A stretch of 64,000 bases of DNA from Eledone cirrhosa (GCA_964016885.1 OZ024745.1:115382001-115446000), one strand, 5' to 3'. Positions 12,615 to 25,872 are shown, counted from the first letter of the stretch. Numbers and translations: made by a program. The notes: generated from the letters alone by a model not told the origin.

Positions 12615-13800
12615 AGAACAACATAGCAAAGATAGTCCATTGCGCACTTTGTGGAAAATATGCACTTAACAGAGCAAAAAAGTGATATTAATATAACCCT
12701 GAGGGCGTTATCGAAAGTGATGATACAAAGATCCTGTGGGACATTGTGATACAGTGTGACCATGAGATTAAACATAGGAGACCAGATATCTAAACTATAA
12801 TAAAGTAAGGAGTGCTGGACTGCGTACGGTATTTCTTTTAATCCAGTTAATAAAATAAGTTGGATTACTTTCAATAAATAATGAATGAATATTACATAAT
12901 TTATCTAAATGTCGTAGCTGTTGATTTAATATATTTTATTGCTTATTTAAAGATTCACTTCTTTAACATTTTCAAATGTCAACACCTCCGGTTAGCGATC
13001 GCTTAAATAAACATTCATATATTTCCGTCACTAATTTTCTTCTAATGCAGTTTATATATAATATCGTCTATTTTTAATGTATCATGGATTACGTTACTGA
13101 TTACATAAGACAGTGTAACACAGTCTTCGTTCAATTTCTATGTATATTGTCAATTACGATTTTATTTGATGTACCATATCTACATGCATATATATTTGCG
13201 TATAATATCAATATGCACACTATACATGCTAGCAGAAAACCACCCGAAGGGTGGTTTTTCTGCTATTTGTATTAACTGAGAAAGAAAGTAAACAGTGTTG
13301 GATCATAGATATAGCCTATCCAGCTGATAACAAGGTTTGTGATAAAGAAAGAAAAAATATTGATAGATATGACAGGTTAGCTTGGGACGTTAACAGTTGT
13401 GGTCACTGAAAAAAGTGGTAGTAATACCAATAATAGTTGGAGTCTTGGGAACAGTGAGTAAATATATTGAGAAGTACATTAAACAAATAGGAATTGAAAT
13501 ATGGATGGAACATTTACAAAAAACAGCATTGCTTGGAATACTTCGGAGGGTACTCGTCAAATAAGGGTCGTTACCCCAGTTCACTGGTAGTGAACAGCTA
13601 ACACTATAATACATCTCCAGTGTTAGAAGCTGAGATAAGGGGTGTTAACTCAGTTCACTGGTAGTGAACAGCTTACACTATAATACATCTGCAGTGCTAG
13701 AAGCTGAAATAAGGGGTGTTACCTCAGTTCCCTGGTAGTGAACAGCTAACATTGTAATACATCTCCAGCGTTAAAAACCGAGCAAAGAAACAATAACAAT
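12615..13800 (+). mobile_element. Dong/R4-type LINE 3' end (restriction-like endonuclease), interrupted
   Basis: My translation: ILWDIVIQCDHEIKHRRPDI [insert 12795-13270] VLTEKESKQCWIIDIAYPAD...KVVVIPIIVGVLGTV...LQKTALLG. Adjacent to (TAA)n; the 3'UTR has three ~65-bp tandem repeats. Confidence 0.85.
12795..13270 (+). repeat. Copy of the unclassified ~450-bp repeat, inserted in the Dong/R4 ORF
   Basis: Homologous to 6355-6795. It splits the LINE reading frame between RPDI and VLTEK. Confidence 0.85.
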
Positions 13801-14219
13801 AATATTAATGGTTACTAAAGTTGTTACTAAGGTCAACAGCTTTGAAAGAAGGTCTTATTTAATTAAATCGACTCCAATAAAAAAGCGAAGTTGACATCGA
13901 TTGAATTTCAACTCAGACCACAAAGAGTCGAAGTTTGTCCTCTGCACTAATAATTCTGTCAAAGCATTTCTAACATAGATCCACAGTTACAAATTTGTGA
14001 TAAAATCAACATTAGTTTTTAACTGATATTTTATTTTCCTGATCTCGGAATGCTTTAAAAGCAAAGTAAATCTCATTGAATTTTGAAAAGCCAAGAACTA
14101 AACGCAATTCCCAAGACCCTTCGCCACTCTGTAATAATATGAAGTAGAAAACATCGACCTCAACAGGATTATTCTGATTTTTCTTTCCGTTTTTTTTTCT
14201 TCGTTTTATCAAGATAAAT

Positions 14220-14405
14220 ATGGTTCCACTACAAATCTTTGGAGTAGTGTTTGGTGTCACAGGAGCTTTTCTGGTTGTTGCGATAGTTTTCCTGTGTCGA
14301 GCAATCCGACGAAAGAAAGGAGAATTATTAAGTCCATCCTACCGAGCAATCGGAGATTATAACCCAGCTATGACGTCATTGTCCATCTCTTCCGGATCGA
14401 ATCAG
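14220..14405 (+). CDS. Sytbeta: Synaptotagmin exon 1 (N-terminal transmembrane helix)
   Basis: Hydrophobic stretch IFGVVFGVTGAFLVVAIVFLC followed by basic RRKK. Polypyrimidine tract and AG at 14212-14213; donor CAG|GTAAG at 14406; 62 codons, phase 0. Confidence 0.85.
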
Positions 14406-14454
14406 GTAAGAAGCTTGAATATATTTTACCTTTTTCAATATATATACACTCATG

Positions 14455-14486
<32 letters not shown>

Positions 14487-14530
14487 TGTATGTACACTCT
14501 TGTATATGTATGTATGTATGTATGTATGTA

Positions 14531-15515
14531 GCCTTTGTCAAGGCAGAATTCTAGGAGAAGGAAAACTCTGATATAACACCTGCAACCCTGATGGTATCCA
14601 ATGATGTTGACTTGTTCTTCTTTTTGGTAAATATCATCTTGGTTAAGAGAGTGGGACTGGCTTTGTGCAGTGCCTTTGCTCACTATAAAAGCTTCACGGC
14701 ACAGGCATTGCTTTATATCTGGAGATCTCTCTGTACTTGTCGTCACATGGTACCATGGGCCCAGCACTATGTGTCAATAATTGTCACAAGTGTAGTGTTT
14801 GTACCAGAGTTATCAAGTCGCTGGCTGGATTAAAAAGTCACACTCGTTCAGCGCATCGGTAGGGGTTCTCCTACATGGATATAAAGTAGTGGCCGTACTC
14901 GAAAACGAGTTGGCAGCCACCACCATGTATGTATGTATGTATGTATGTATGTATGTATGTATGTATGTATGTATGTATGTATGTATGCATTGAGTGCTAC
15001 TGGTAACATGTAACCCAGTACAACCTGTCACATGGTCGGGTCTTCGGCAACTAAACCGGCAACCCCACCAAGTTTACTTGGTGAAGAGGGTGATTTTGGA
15101 CACCCTGCAGGACAAAAAACAAAACCTGACAAAGGGCGGAAGAAACTCATAAGAGTCAACGGCCATCCAAAAGTGTGTAAATATGTATATACACATGTAC
15201 CACGCGGTTAAACCACTGGGAGTGAAGGACCCCTAGCCTTTGTCAGGGCATTCTTCTAGGAGAAGGCAACTCAGGAAACTGGGATAACTCCGATATAAAA
15301 CCTGCGGCTCAGTAGTTACCGATGATGTTGATCTTTTCTTCTTTTCGGATTATAGCTACTGTCGCTCAGAGAGTGGGATTGGTTCACTGAACAGTCTTTC
15401 CTCACTTTAAAAAATATCTTCACGCAGAGGCATTGCACGATAGAATTAATTAATAATTATTAATAATCGTATATCATGCAATGACCATACTCGATAACGA
15501 GAGGGCAGCCATCAT
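14531..15515 (+). mobile_element. Two tandem copies of an RTE-related non-autonomous repeat with (GTAT)n tails
   Basis: GCCTTTGTCA...CTAGGAGAAGG...GATGTTGA...GCAGCC at 14531-14925 and 15236-15515, each followed by (GTAT)n. RTE affinity is inferred from the CTAGGAGAAGGAAAACTC motif. Confidence 0.6.
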
Positions 15516-15683
15516 GTATGTATGTTCTTCTGGTTTTATAATTTTTTATTATTTTGACAATAGAGAGTCGGTTTCTAACATAGTTACAAGACTCTCTCAT
15601 TGGAATTTACACAATATCAACTAGGTAGATATGTCTGTATGTATGTATGCATGTATGCATGTATGTAAGTATACATGCATGTA

Positions 15684-18120
15684 ACGTTTTTCGAAATATT
15701 TACTTCTGCGTTCACAGATTGATTTTTTTAGTTTCAGAAGTTCCCGTTAAGGGCGAAAGCAGCGATTCTTTGCTTAAAATTTAATCTGTTATTCTAATAA
15801 ATATATGCTCTAGGGTTCTTATATATTTGATATATATTTATCCTTATCGAGCCGCCTTTGGATTTTAGTCTTCAAATTTATTATTATTACTCGGTTGAGC
15901 ACACTATTGGCTTATATTCATCATGCAGAAACAAATCTGAATATTTCTACAAAGAACATACCCGTTCCAAGCAGGAAGACATGCCTAAAACTCCTGATTG
16001 AGAAAAAATGACTCGTTCCTTAAAAGGTTGCGTTGGCGTGCCTTTTATTTCGATAATCAGGAAAAAGCGGACAATAAACAGGATAAATTTGGGTTTAAAA
16101 ATTATAATAACCCTCCGAGTAACGCAGCATTGCTAACCCTTCGAAAACGATGTTTTGGAACTCATACGGAGTATCAAATTTCGGAATAGGAACAATTCCT
16201 TCCAGCAGAACCTGAAGAATAGAATTCGTTCTATTAAGGATTCTAATGCCGTGCACGTCCACTCCGACAAAACTGGCAATCTATATCAAGTGGAGCGCAG
16301 TACTTACCATCAACTGCTACATAATGCTGTAACTAAGGATTACCGGAAAACTAATCGGAGTGTCATTAATGACATAACAAAAAAGATCCTCCATTCCCAT
16401 TGTGCCAAACCCATGACTTCCAAATACCTGATCCACCAAAACTCAGCGGTTTCGGATCACACCAAAATCAACATACTGATTGCGGATTTAGTAAGGGTGA
16501 TGAGGAACGTGTCCTGCATGTGCAACACCAAAGAACTAGAGAGACACATACAACACTTCATCCACTGTATGCAGTTCACTGGCTACAATCAGAGAGATAA
16601 AATCAGGGTATATGGGACCAAATGGGAAAAAATGGTAAATAATGATACAAATGGGACCTGCCCCTTGTATAGGAGCACATTTTGGAATAGAATAAAAATA
16701 ACTAGGAATAAGCTTAATAAAATAAACTCATGGTATGATAGTAATAAATACCAGAGTGTAATGTTCATCAATACAACCCCTAGAGGTGAACTAGCTTACA
16801 AATTTAGAAGGGCCCTAGAGAAACTAAAACTAAATATTAAGATAGTGGAAAGACCAGGTATCTCCATAAAAACACTAATTAGTAATACATACCCTTTTCA
16901 AAGACCTCCCTGTATAGATAGGAAATGCATAATCTATAAGCTATGCCCCCATATTAACTGTAAAACTAGAAACATAGTATATAGCATAAGATGTACTGAG
17001 GGACAATGTAAAAATAAGAATATAATGTACATAGGTGAGACAGCTCGTAGCATAGGAGAACGATTAAATGAACACAGGCGAGAACTCCAAAATAGAAAAG
17101 ACTCATCAATACTCCACCAACATGCTAAAATAGAACACAAGGGCAAATTAGAGAACATAGAGATAACAATAGAATCTACACACAGTAAAGACGCAATGTT
17201 TAGACAAATCACAGAGGTAATAAACATAAATGAACTCCAACCAAAACTAAATATGGAATGGAATAGTAACATCACAACTTATAATTAAGGACAAAATGAA
17301 AACACACACACACATAGAACAAACAACTAACTAGTTGTGACAGTCAAAAACACTTTACAACTTCTTGTTTATTTTTTGTGCCCATATTCAAATGTATGCA
17401 AGCAAACAGATTTGTCTGTCTATATATCTATGCAAACCCACACATACAGACACACACGCACACGGGCGCACACATATACACACAGACACACACAGAGACA
17501 CAGACAGACACACACACGTGTGTGTGTGTTGTGTGTGCGTTACAGTTTGTCGACGATAGAGAGACAGTTTTCTAAATACATGATGGAGATTATATTATTT
17601 ATTTGAATTGAACTCTCTTTACGTGACTCAAGCTAAGTTTCACTCTCCCGCGAACTTCATTCTATTTAGGCTGGTTTTATATCCAATGAGGGTAGCATCA
17701 TTCTTTTGTCTGAATCTGTCATTTCTTTAGCTCTTTTCTAATATTGTTTTAGGTTTTATCTACGGTTCTCTTTGCCAATTCTTCAGTTGTTTTATTTCTC
17801 ATTCGCCGTTGACGTTTATCTATATCATACTTCAGATTCTGTTAGTTTGAAGTATCTTTTTTTTCTGAAACTATTTTTCTGTGTATATTCTACCATTGTA
17901 TATTTCAGCAGTTGTTCGTTCTCTATTATTGCATAGCCACTTCTTGTTTTTCTAAGCTTTGTCATATTTTAACAGAGCTATATATTAATTTATCCTATGT
18001 CCATCAGTTGGTTCAGTAGGTATCCCGTTTCTACCTGTTTATAACGTTTATAATAACTTGAAGACGATGTATCGCTCTTCGGTTCAAGTCCAGAGCCGCT
18101 TGCATAGTGCAAACAGACGG
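15684..18120 (+). mobile_element. Penelope-like element with terminal repeat (family B) and internally deleted ORF
   Basis: 15684-15890 recurs at 38507-38875, 50205-50300, 59572-59868 and 61110-61205. It is followed by the PLE N-terminus (STKNIPVPS...SFLKRLRWRAFYF) and a GIY-YIG C-terminus. Confidence 0.9.
16155..17288 (+). CDS. PLE polyprotein remnant: N-terminal part fused to thumb/linker and GIY-YIG endonuclease, RT core absent
   Basis: 377-aa open frame with NIVYSIRC...MYIGETARSIGERLNEH...E...PKLN (GIY-YIG) and upstream Cys motifs. No YxDD motif; upstream frames are broken. Confidence 0.75.
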   Translation: MELIRSIKFRNRNNSFQQNLKNRIRSIKDSNAVHVHSDKTGNLYQVERSTYHQLLHNAVTKDYRKTNRSVINDITKKILHSHCAKPMTSKYLIHQNSAVSDHTKINILIADLVRVMRNVSCMCNTKELERHIQHFIHCMQFTGYNQRDKIRVYGTKWEKMVNNDTNGTCPLYRSTFWNRIKITRNKLNKINSWYDSNKYQSVMFINTTPRGELAYKFRRALEKLKLNIKIVERPGISIKTLISNTYPFQRPPCIDRKCIIYKLCPHINCKTRNIVYSIRCTEGQCKNKNIMYIGETARSIGERLNEHRRELQNRKDSSILHQHAKIEHKGKLENIEITIESTHSKDAMFRQITEVININELQPKLNMEWNSNITTYN

Positions 18121-18123
18121 CTA

Positions 18124-18760
18124 CTACTCACAGATAAACCAGTGGTCAGAACATTTCCATGTGCCTGGTTCATGAGGCAGTAAACTATCACACACCTCAA
18201 CAACCCGCCAAAATAAAGCCATACGAGACTCCAGTCCTAGAAGAGACTGTAAAGGGAAAAAAACTGCCTGAAAGTGGAAAGGAAGCAAATCCAGAAATTT
18301 GGAAGAATAGAGGGCAGCATTGCACATTAAACTCCATGATTTATTTGTCTGATGCTGGGGTCATGATAAACATCCATAGGATACCCATGATGCAGTCATC
18401 CTCATGCTGTATGAGAACAAAGAATAAAAGACAGACTTCATGGTGAACACTTTACTGGCCACCATAACAATGGGGCAACGAAGAAAAGGTACATGGAAAT
18501 CTCCTCCAGTATGTCTCATGGACCATCGCCAGTCGTCTGATATGGCCTTCGATCTCGTGATCTGGTGTGACTCTGTTCACACGTATGTTTCTTCCTTGGA
18601 GAATACACAGAGGGTTGGTCTTGAGGAGAAAAAAAAGGAGCCAACGTAAGAAACACGACATAGCAGCACTGAATCCAGAATAAATTTCCAATTCAGTTGC
18701 TGAGGCGAGGTGTGACTAATCAATATTTTTCTCATCAATGATCATCGAGCCTGCACTAGA
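18124..18760 (+). mobile_element. RTE-clade LINE fragments
   Basis: Frameshifted pieces QWSEHF...PEIWK and a C-terminal KKRY...W region typical of RTE ORF2. Confidence 0.6.
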
Positions 18761-19399
18761 CATGGACAGCCTTCATCTTAAATCTTTGTTAGAAAAGCAA
18801 CAGTTTTTAAATAACCATATAAACCAACTTAACCATCGTAAGTTTACTTGAGAAAATGCTAACCTAAACACTTGGAAAAGTTATCCATATAATATAAATA
18901 AACAAAGTGTTACTATATATAAAAGACTTAACAACCACCCCATCAAAAATAACAATATCATCCAACAAGATCATATTCTATGAAACAGAATAATTTTAAA
19001 ATGAGTGTGTAGATGTAAACTGGTTTAAAAAATTTAAATTGATGACGCAGAGCCACACACACACACACATGAAACCAATTAAATCCAGGAAAGAACAGTA
19101 CCCGGTTAAATTCACTCAAATATTTCCTAACACTAATCAACACGCTCTTCTTAACCGACTATAAATACCACGATATGTTATAATAGCAACAATACAAAAG
19201 TTAGCTACAGCTGAACAACAACTCCCCAAACAAGCTATTTCAGCTATGAAGAACCATGTATCTAGAAACCAACAGCCCATATCTAACATGTTGAAACTAT
19301 TAATATTAAAGTGAGAATTGTCTAACAGAAGTAATCTACAAGCTAACAATAATGCAACAGAAGCCATAAAACTACATTCGAACAACAAATCTAACATTC

Positions 19400-19454
<55 letters not shown>

Positions 19455-19455
<1 letters not shown>

Positions 19456-20478
19456 GTTATACGATCTAGCCCTAGCTAGGATCTCCCAGTGTAACTTAAA
19501 TTGGGTGTGGTTGTCTTTTAGACTCCAGATATAAGCTGAAAGTGACGTCATATTCCTTCTTAAAGGGTAACGAAAAGAATGGGTATTCATGTAAAGACGC
19601 TGCTTGAATCTATTGGCGGTTAACCCTATATAGGCCCTACGGGACGTGGGTGTTTCAACCTTACATTTGTAGACAATGTTACTAGAGAGGCATTTCCCGG
19701 ATAGGGGGCAGTCAACCCGATTCCTACAATTACAGTTAGTACTAACTACAGGGTTTCACGTGTTCCTACGGCTAGGTAGTTTAGCTAAATTTAAAGCTGC
19801 GATTTATGTGCAAGGTTAGGAGTCGTAGAGTAAGAAATTTTAATAGTATTTCTATTAAAAATTTTATTATGTTTATGTGTAGGGGGGAAATACTTCATAA
19901 TAAGGGAGAGAAAGATCTTAGCTAATGGTGTGGCCACCTCCATATTATATGGTGGGTTATACCATATAATGCGTCGGGATCTATTTCTTCTAGGTTTATT
20001 CTCGTACTCTGTATATGCTACCTTATCGACAAATCCACTCCAAGCAAGAGCTTCATTGTAATATGTGGAATGGTCGTTGAAAATATGCTCGTTTGTTGAT
20101 AGACGGAAAATCCTCAAATAAACGTTTCTTACCAGGTTCTTGGTTATGCTGGCAGGATGGTTAGAATGCTTACTTATGTAATTAAGCGTATCATTCGGCT
20201 TTCTATACGGGTAATGCAAGCGATTCGATACATTGAGGGTAACGTCGAGGTAATTAACGACCGAGAGGTTGGCCTCAACCTGTATGGAGAGGTTGAAGCC
20301 TTTAAAGAAGGCTTGTGAGTTCCTTTCTAAACCTGTCGCAAGCGCGTGAGCAGCACTTTGTCATGGTCAAAAGACGGTCATCACGGTACAAACCACTGCC
20401 CACATTGGGGAATTCTTCTTTGATAGAGAAAAGAAGGAAAAGGCCGATAACATCAGTAACTTCCGCAGAATCGTCCCA
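19455..20478 (-). mobile_element. Penelope-like element fragment (RT C-half, thumb, GIY-YIG)
   Basis: DSAEVTDVIGLFLL...GLYRDD; PYRKPNDTLNYISKHSNHP; RRIIWYNPPY; CNCRNRVDCPLSGKC...NIVYKC...YIGLT...FKQR. Confidence 0.92.
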
Positions 20479-21240
20479 TTTTTCTTGACCATTATCTTTT
20501 CTTTGGCACAAAATTCTCTAAAAGGTTACAAAATAAATTCCCAAATACGGGCATTAAATTTAATGTACTTGTTCATGTGACAGTCATAATTTCATTTATA
20601 ACCAATCAAATTACATTTCAGCACATCCCTTTTTCTTGACCATTATCTTTTGTTTGGCGGTGGACTGGCAGTATCGGTAGAGGGTCGGACGCATAGAGTT
20701 ACGGCCCTTGCCATTCTGAGTCCAAATCCCGCCGAGGTTAACTTTGCCTTTCATCCTTACGGGGTCGATAAAACAAAGTACCAGTAATGCTCTGGGTAAT
20801 TGCTGACCTTGTTCCAAAAGTAGAAACAATTATCTTTTGTTTGGCACAAAATTCTCTAAATGGCTATAAAGAAAATTCCAAAATACGGGCGCGAAATTTA
20901 ATGTACTTGTTCACGTGACAGTCATAATTTCATTTATAACCAATCAAATTACATTTATAAAAAAAAATAGCCTTCGCGAGCCACTTTTTTTAAAGTAAAA
21001 TGAAATTCAAACACAAACTGGCGCGAAAGCTGATGTGCTTATTCACGTGACTGCATTAACCAACGAAACTTCACTCATATATGAAAAACAACCTGAGCCC
21101 GACCCCCCCCCCCCCCCTTTGTTTTAAGACAAATATAATAAGAACTTTGTAACGCGAACTGGCGTGAAATTTATTATACATATTCACCAACCAACCAAAT
21201 TACTTCTCTCAAACCCTGGCATTTCGAGCCACTTTTTTCC
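20478..21240. repeat. Degenerate tandem array of ~150-bp units
   Basis: AAATTTAATGTACTTGTTCA(T/C)GTGACAGTCATAATTTCATT...AACCAATCAAATTACATTT at ~20555 and ~20895, with decayed copies at ~21020 and ~21160. Confidence 0.75.
20655..20830 (+). mobile_element. tRNA-derived SINE, main family, with target-site duplication
   Basis: Flanked by the direct repeat ATTATCTTTTGTTTGGC; inserted in the second unit of the tandem array. Confidence 0.92.
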
Positions 21241-21271
21241 ATATAAAACAGAAGTAACATTCAAAGACCAA

Positions 21272-21586
21272 CCAGATGTGAGAAAAAGCACAGACCCTCC
21301 ATGTCAACTCTACAAGAACTGTAAAACCAGTAAAGGAAGCAAATAAATATATATTTAAAAAAAAAGACTCTAGTTGCATTTTCGATTTCATCTTTTTCCG
21401 CTATATATATATATATATATATATTAAAAAGTGAGGTTTTTTTTACAAAATAAAAAATAACCGAGGTGTCCTACACGAGTGAAAGTATAAAGAAAAAAAG
21501 ATGAAATCGAAAATGCAACTGGAGTCTTATTTAAAAAAAAATATATATATTTTTTAAAATAAGACTCCAGTTGCATTTTCGATTTC

Positions 21587-21592
<6 letters not shown>
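21272..21592. mobile_element. PLE terminal-repeat cassettes, family C, one with fold-back
   Basis: AAGACTCCAGTTGCATTTTCGATTTCATC recurs at 21363, at 21496-21592 (as an inverted pair), at 29014-29163 and at 33955-34065; always next to (TA)n. Confidence 0.7.
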
Positions 21593-21630
<38 letters not shown>

Positions 21631-21839
21631 CAAGTTATTTTACATATTTATTTCATTGTAGACCACATTGAGTATATATATGTATATATAATATATTTAT
21701 GTATATATACATGTGTGTGTGTGTGTATGTGTGTATGTAGAAAATATAATATAATATATACATTCAAACAAATCTAACATCCTATATCTAATATATATAT
21801 ATATATATATATATAAAGAAAGAGAGAGAGAGAGAGAGG

Positions 21840-21936
<97 letters not shown>

Positions 21937-22095
21937 GGGGAGGAAATATATTTATGTATCAAATATGTTTGTTTAACAGGTGAAACATTGATTTCCTTAT
22001 CCAAACAGTATAATAATTTTATTTCAATAAACTGAACTGCAGAGCAATGAACCGATGAAACAGCTTCTTCTTCTTCTCCCCCCCCCTTCTTTTTC

Positions 22096-22127
<32 letters not shown>

Positions 22128-22489
22128 CTTCTTCTTCTTCTTCTTCTTCTTCTTCTTCTCCTGTCCACCTCCACATTCTAACCCCCCTCCTTGGTCTTGC
22201 TGCTGTTGATGTAGTTATCCTGTAGACTCCACTAGACTGCATGTTTTCACTGCACCACGGAGCCTAGCTACATACAGTTTGGGTTTGTCTCCGTTGTGTC
22301 TATTTCATTAAATATAATAAAGACAAACCAAATGTTTAGTGGTATGATTTACTATCTACACGTATTTTAATCTCTCTCATGTTACCTACTGTTATAAGAA
22401 GTCTTTCTGTCTTCAGTCGTCACATTCAGGTTATTTCCTTTTCCAGATCTTTATACCCGGACTTTTTCATTTATTTGAGAGATATTACG

Positions 22490-22975
22490 AACAAAACCAA
22501 CAGTCAGGAGACTCAGGACATCATATCCCTCTTGTGGGATATGCCTGTGATAACTGACCCAGAAATCGCTGCCAACACACCAGATATCATCATAAAAAAC
22601 CAAACAGATCTGACATGTGGCCTTATAAATATTTTCGTGCCAGCTGACAAGAATACATCTATAAAAACAATGGAAAAACTGTCAAAATACAAAGACCTGG
22701 AAATAGAGACAACCGCATGTGGTGGATGACCACAACCACTGCCACTGTGGTAATAGGAGCCTTAGGATTAATACCCAAATCCTCAGACCTGCACCTTAGC
22801 GTCTTTCCCTGTAGGATTAGCAAATATATCCTACAGAAGATCGGGCTACTAGTAACAACAAACATTCTCAGACGAGTTCTCTTTTTACAATGAAAAGCTC
22901 TATTGCCCTAGGTTCAGGGCCTGAACCCGGGAATAGAGAAACAGAACTGAGCTAAACGAAATACCACAACAATAA
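22490..22975 (+). mobile_element. Dong/R4-type LINE 3' fragment (restriction-like endonuclease)
   Basis: LLWDMPVITDPEIAANTPDIIIK...VPADKN...EKLSKYKDLEIE...VVIGALG...ILRRVL. Confidence 0.85.
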
Positions 22976-23489
22976 TAATGATGATAATTATGATGATGAT
23001 GATGGTGATGATGGTGATGAGAAGAAGAAGAAGAAGAAGAAGAAGAAAAAGAAGAAGAATTTGATATGTTGTTTAGAAGGCCCTTTCTATCAGAGATCGA
23101 AGACATCACTATCTGGCATATTCAAAAGTGTCATCACTTTGTTATTATTCGGAGCCGTTTCTGAAAATTATTCCAGTGTTTTAAAATACTAGTATAACTT
23201 CCAGTGTATATAAGCTCCGACTTGGTAAAACCGTAAATATATTTGTTTTTGACCACGACTGAGCACCTAGAGACTATATGATGATTTCTTTCACTCGTTA
23301 TCTGTAATTCTCTATTAATTTCCATTTTTAGATTTTCGTCGTCATTGTTTACACTTTTAGGATTTTCTAATTTTAAATTTTTATCACATTCACTTTTATT
23401 TTTAAAGTTATAACTTGTGATGTAAATATTGAGCTGATCTTTGTATACACACATTTTGTGTATTGCGCTCAGTGATGTCTTGTTTCTGC

Positions 23490-23604
23490 AGGCAAGAGCT
23501 CAGCCGTCGGGATCCTGAATCTTTTCACATTACCCACTCAACTACCCAAGTATCGAGTACTCTGGTGTGTTATAGACTACCTGGTATCTTACCACACCCT
23601 CTCT

Positions 23605-23608
<4 letters not shown>
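23490..23608 (+). mobile_element. PLE terminal-repeat tail, family A (diverged copy)
   Basis: GGCAAGAGCTCAGCCGTCGGGATCC...GTATCGAGTACTC...CTTACCACACCC followed by (TA)n. Confidence 0.75.
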
Positions 23609-23655
<47 letters not shown>

Positions 23656-25872
23656 AAATCGGGTTACATGGGATATATATATATACAAATTGGGTACATG
23701 GGATAGAGTTAAATATTTGTATAGTAGTTGTAAATACCCACTGGCTCATGATTTTATCTTCTATGCATGTCGCATATATGGGATCGATGTGTTCGATTTG
23801 AGAATTGTAATTTCATAAAGTAAGGAATACAGTTTTGTAGCGTCTAACTCCAGGTGGTACTATTAAGTTAGACATGTCCTGGGCCACTACTAGCCGAAAC
23901 CTATCAAAGTTATCAAAGTTTACTCTGGTTGGATATGTGAGTCTGTTACCACTCCAAATGTAAACAAATCACAACCATGTATCTAAGAGATCGATATTTG
24001 GTTTAGTTGTAGTGAGATCTATTGAGTAAGGATTATGCCCTACACAATCCAAATTCTTTTCTCTGAAAGTAAATATCTTTATACCACAGTCAAACGTTTA
24101 GTTAGGCCAGCTAAAACATTGCCCCTTCAAATAAAGGCTTAGTTATAATTTAGTGTTCGTTATTTAAAATAGTTGCAAGGTAAGAACAGAAAACAATAAA
24201 CATTTGAAGAAAAATAAAAGCGAAATTAGAATTTCTATTCCTACATACATGACGTACTGCATTGGTTATCATGACAATATCATAACAATCATTCAGCTTA
24301 TTGTAATCTGGTTTTAGTTTCTCTTTTAATGCCTCTTATGACATTCATAAACTCAGTTAATGATCTGGGAGGTAGCTAACTTGATGTTACCCTTTAATCT
24401 CCTTAAACTATATTTCGGTAACCGTCCACATTCATATCATAATAATCGAGTTTTGCTCTATAAAAAACATTAGGAAAAGTAATTTGTTTTCAACAGACAA
24501 CTTACTCTAAATCATTCCAAAACCATTTCGTTAAAACACTTTCAACAATTTCCAAACAAATTTCACTAGCACACAGATTACTTTCTGTTAAGCAACTTAA
24601 GATTCTGATTAACATGAATAATCCAGCTTAAGAAACCTAATCAGCTGTGCATGAATAGAAGAAAAAAAAATTGATATGAGTTTATGACCTACAAAATGTT
24701 GATAGGGTGTTTCTTAAGCTCCTACAATATGGTACTAAATTTCTGTTGCATTTATCAAGACTATAACTATATGACTTTCGGAAATCCCCGCCTTCAAGAG
24801 TAACGGCGAATATTGATGCTGCTTTACTTTCGTTGATTTTAGCAGAGACCGTAATTATAGTGTTTATTCGTTATAGACATTAGAGAAGTTGCCAGAACGA
24901 GTGTCCAGTAAATTATTGACGACAGTCATAAAGAATTCAACTCATACTAGACAGTATCAAATAGTCTATTTCCAATAAATCAAATTGCTATCACACAAGC
25001 CAGAACATTATATATCAAACATTAACGACAAATCATCCAGCCAACAGATAGTGTCAAATGGCGTACTTCCAATAAATCAGACACTTATATCATATTACCA
25101 TCATCAAAGGGTGACCATAGATTACTCAAATTCTAATTTAAAATAAAGCATTAAACGCCTTGCTATCAATTACTAAACAAAGTAAAGTGTTGCTGGACTT
25201 GTAGCATTCTACTGACAATTCAGTTACCCCTTGATAGCTATTAGTCATATTTTAGTATCTCAGCATTCTCTTATATTATTATAGTTAAGCTGTGCATTGG
25301 TGTCTATATAAAGACTATTACAACTAGTTTTTACATATTTACTGCACAACCTCCAATGAAGGGAAATGTATAAATACATGAAATGTAGGTCGTTTATTAT
25401 TAAATATGTATAGCTATCTAAGATCCGGAAATAGCCATACATATATTAGAAAACAGCCTCGCATGCATAATCAAATTGTCTTTCCGGTGTTCTCATAATA
25501 ACAATGATCAAATTGAAAAGAACAAAGAGAGCTATAAGAAATATCTTATGTGTCGCAGATTTAGTTTCAACTTAATTCCTTTCATAATAATCAATTTATT
25601 CTAGAAAGTTTTATGATATCTGGAATTAATTGCGTTTCCTTCTTCAAATCAGTTAGTACAAAATCACGATGAATATATAATTATGTTTTCAACTAAATAA
25701 TTCCTTGATTGTAGATATGTCTTGAAGCAATGCTTAATTCTCTTGGTTCTCTAATTTTATTGAAAAACAACAACAGATAAAACAAAACAAATACAACACA
25801 TGTAATAAGAAAAAAGAAACGGTGATATTAACGAATAAGTACTTTTTAATAATTGTATATTTCTGTTGACAG

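Noticed and set aside
18790-19400. Possible additional PLE fragment (NNTKVSYS motif)
   Set aside because: Only one short motif among many stops; too degenerate to call.
23134-23980. 106-aa minus-strand ORF and neighbouring sequence as a gene or RT fragment
   Set aside because: No convincing motif or splice support; possibly decayed TE but I could not assign it.
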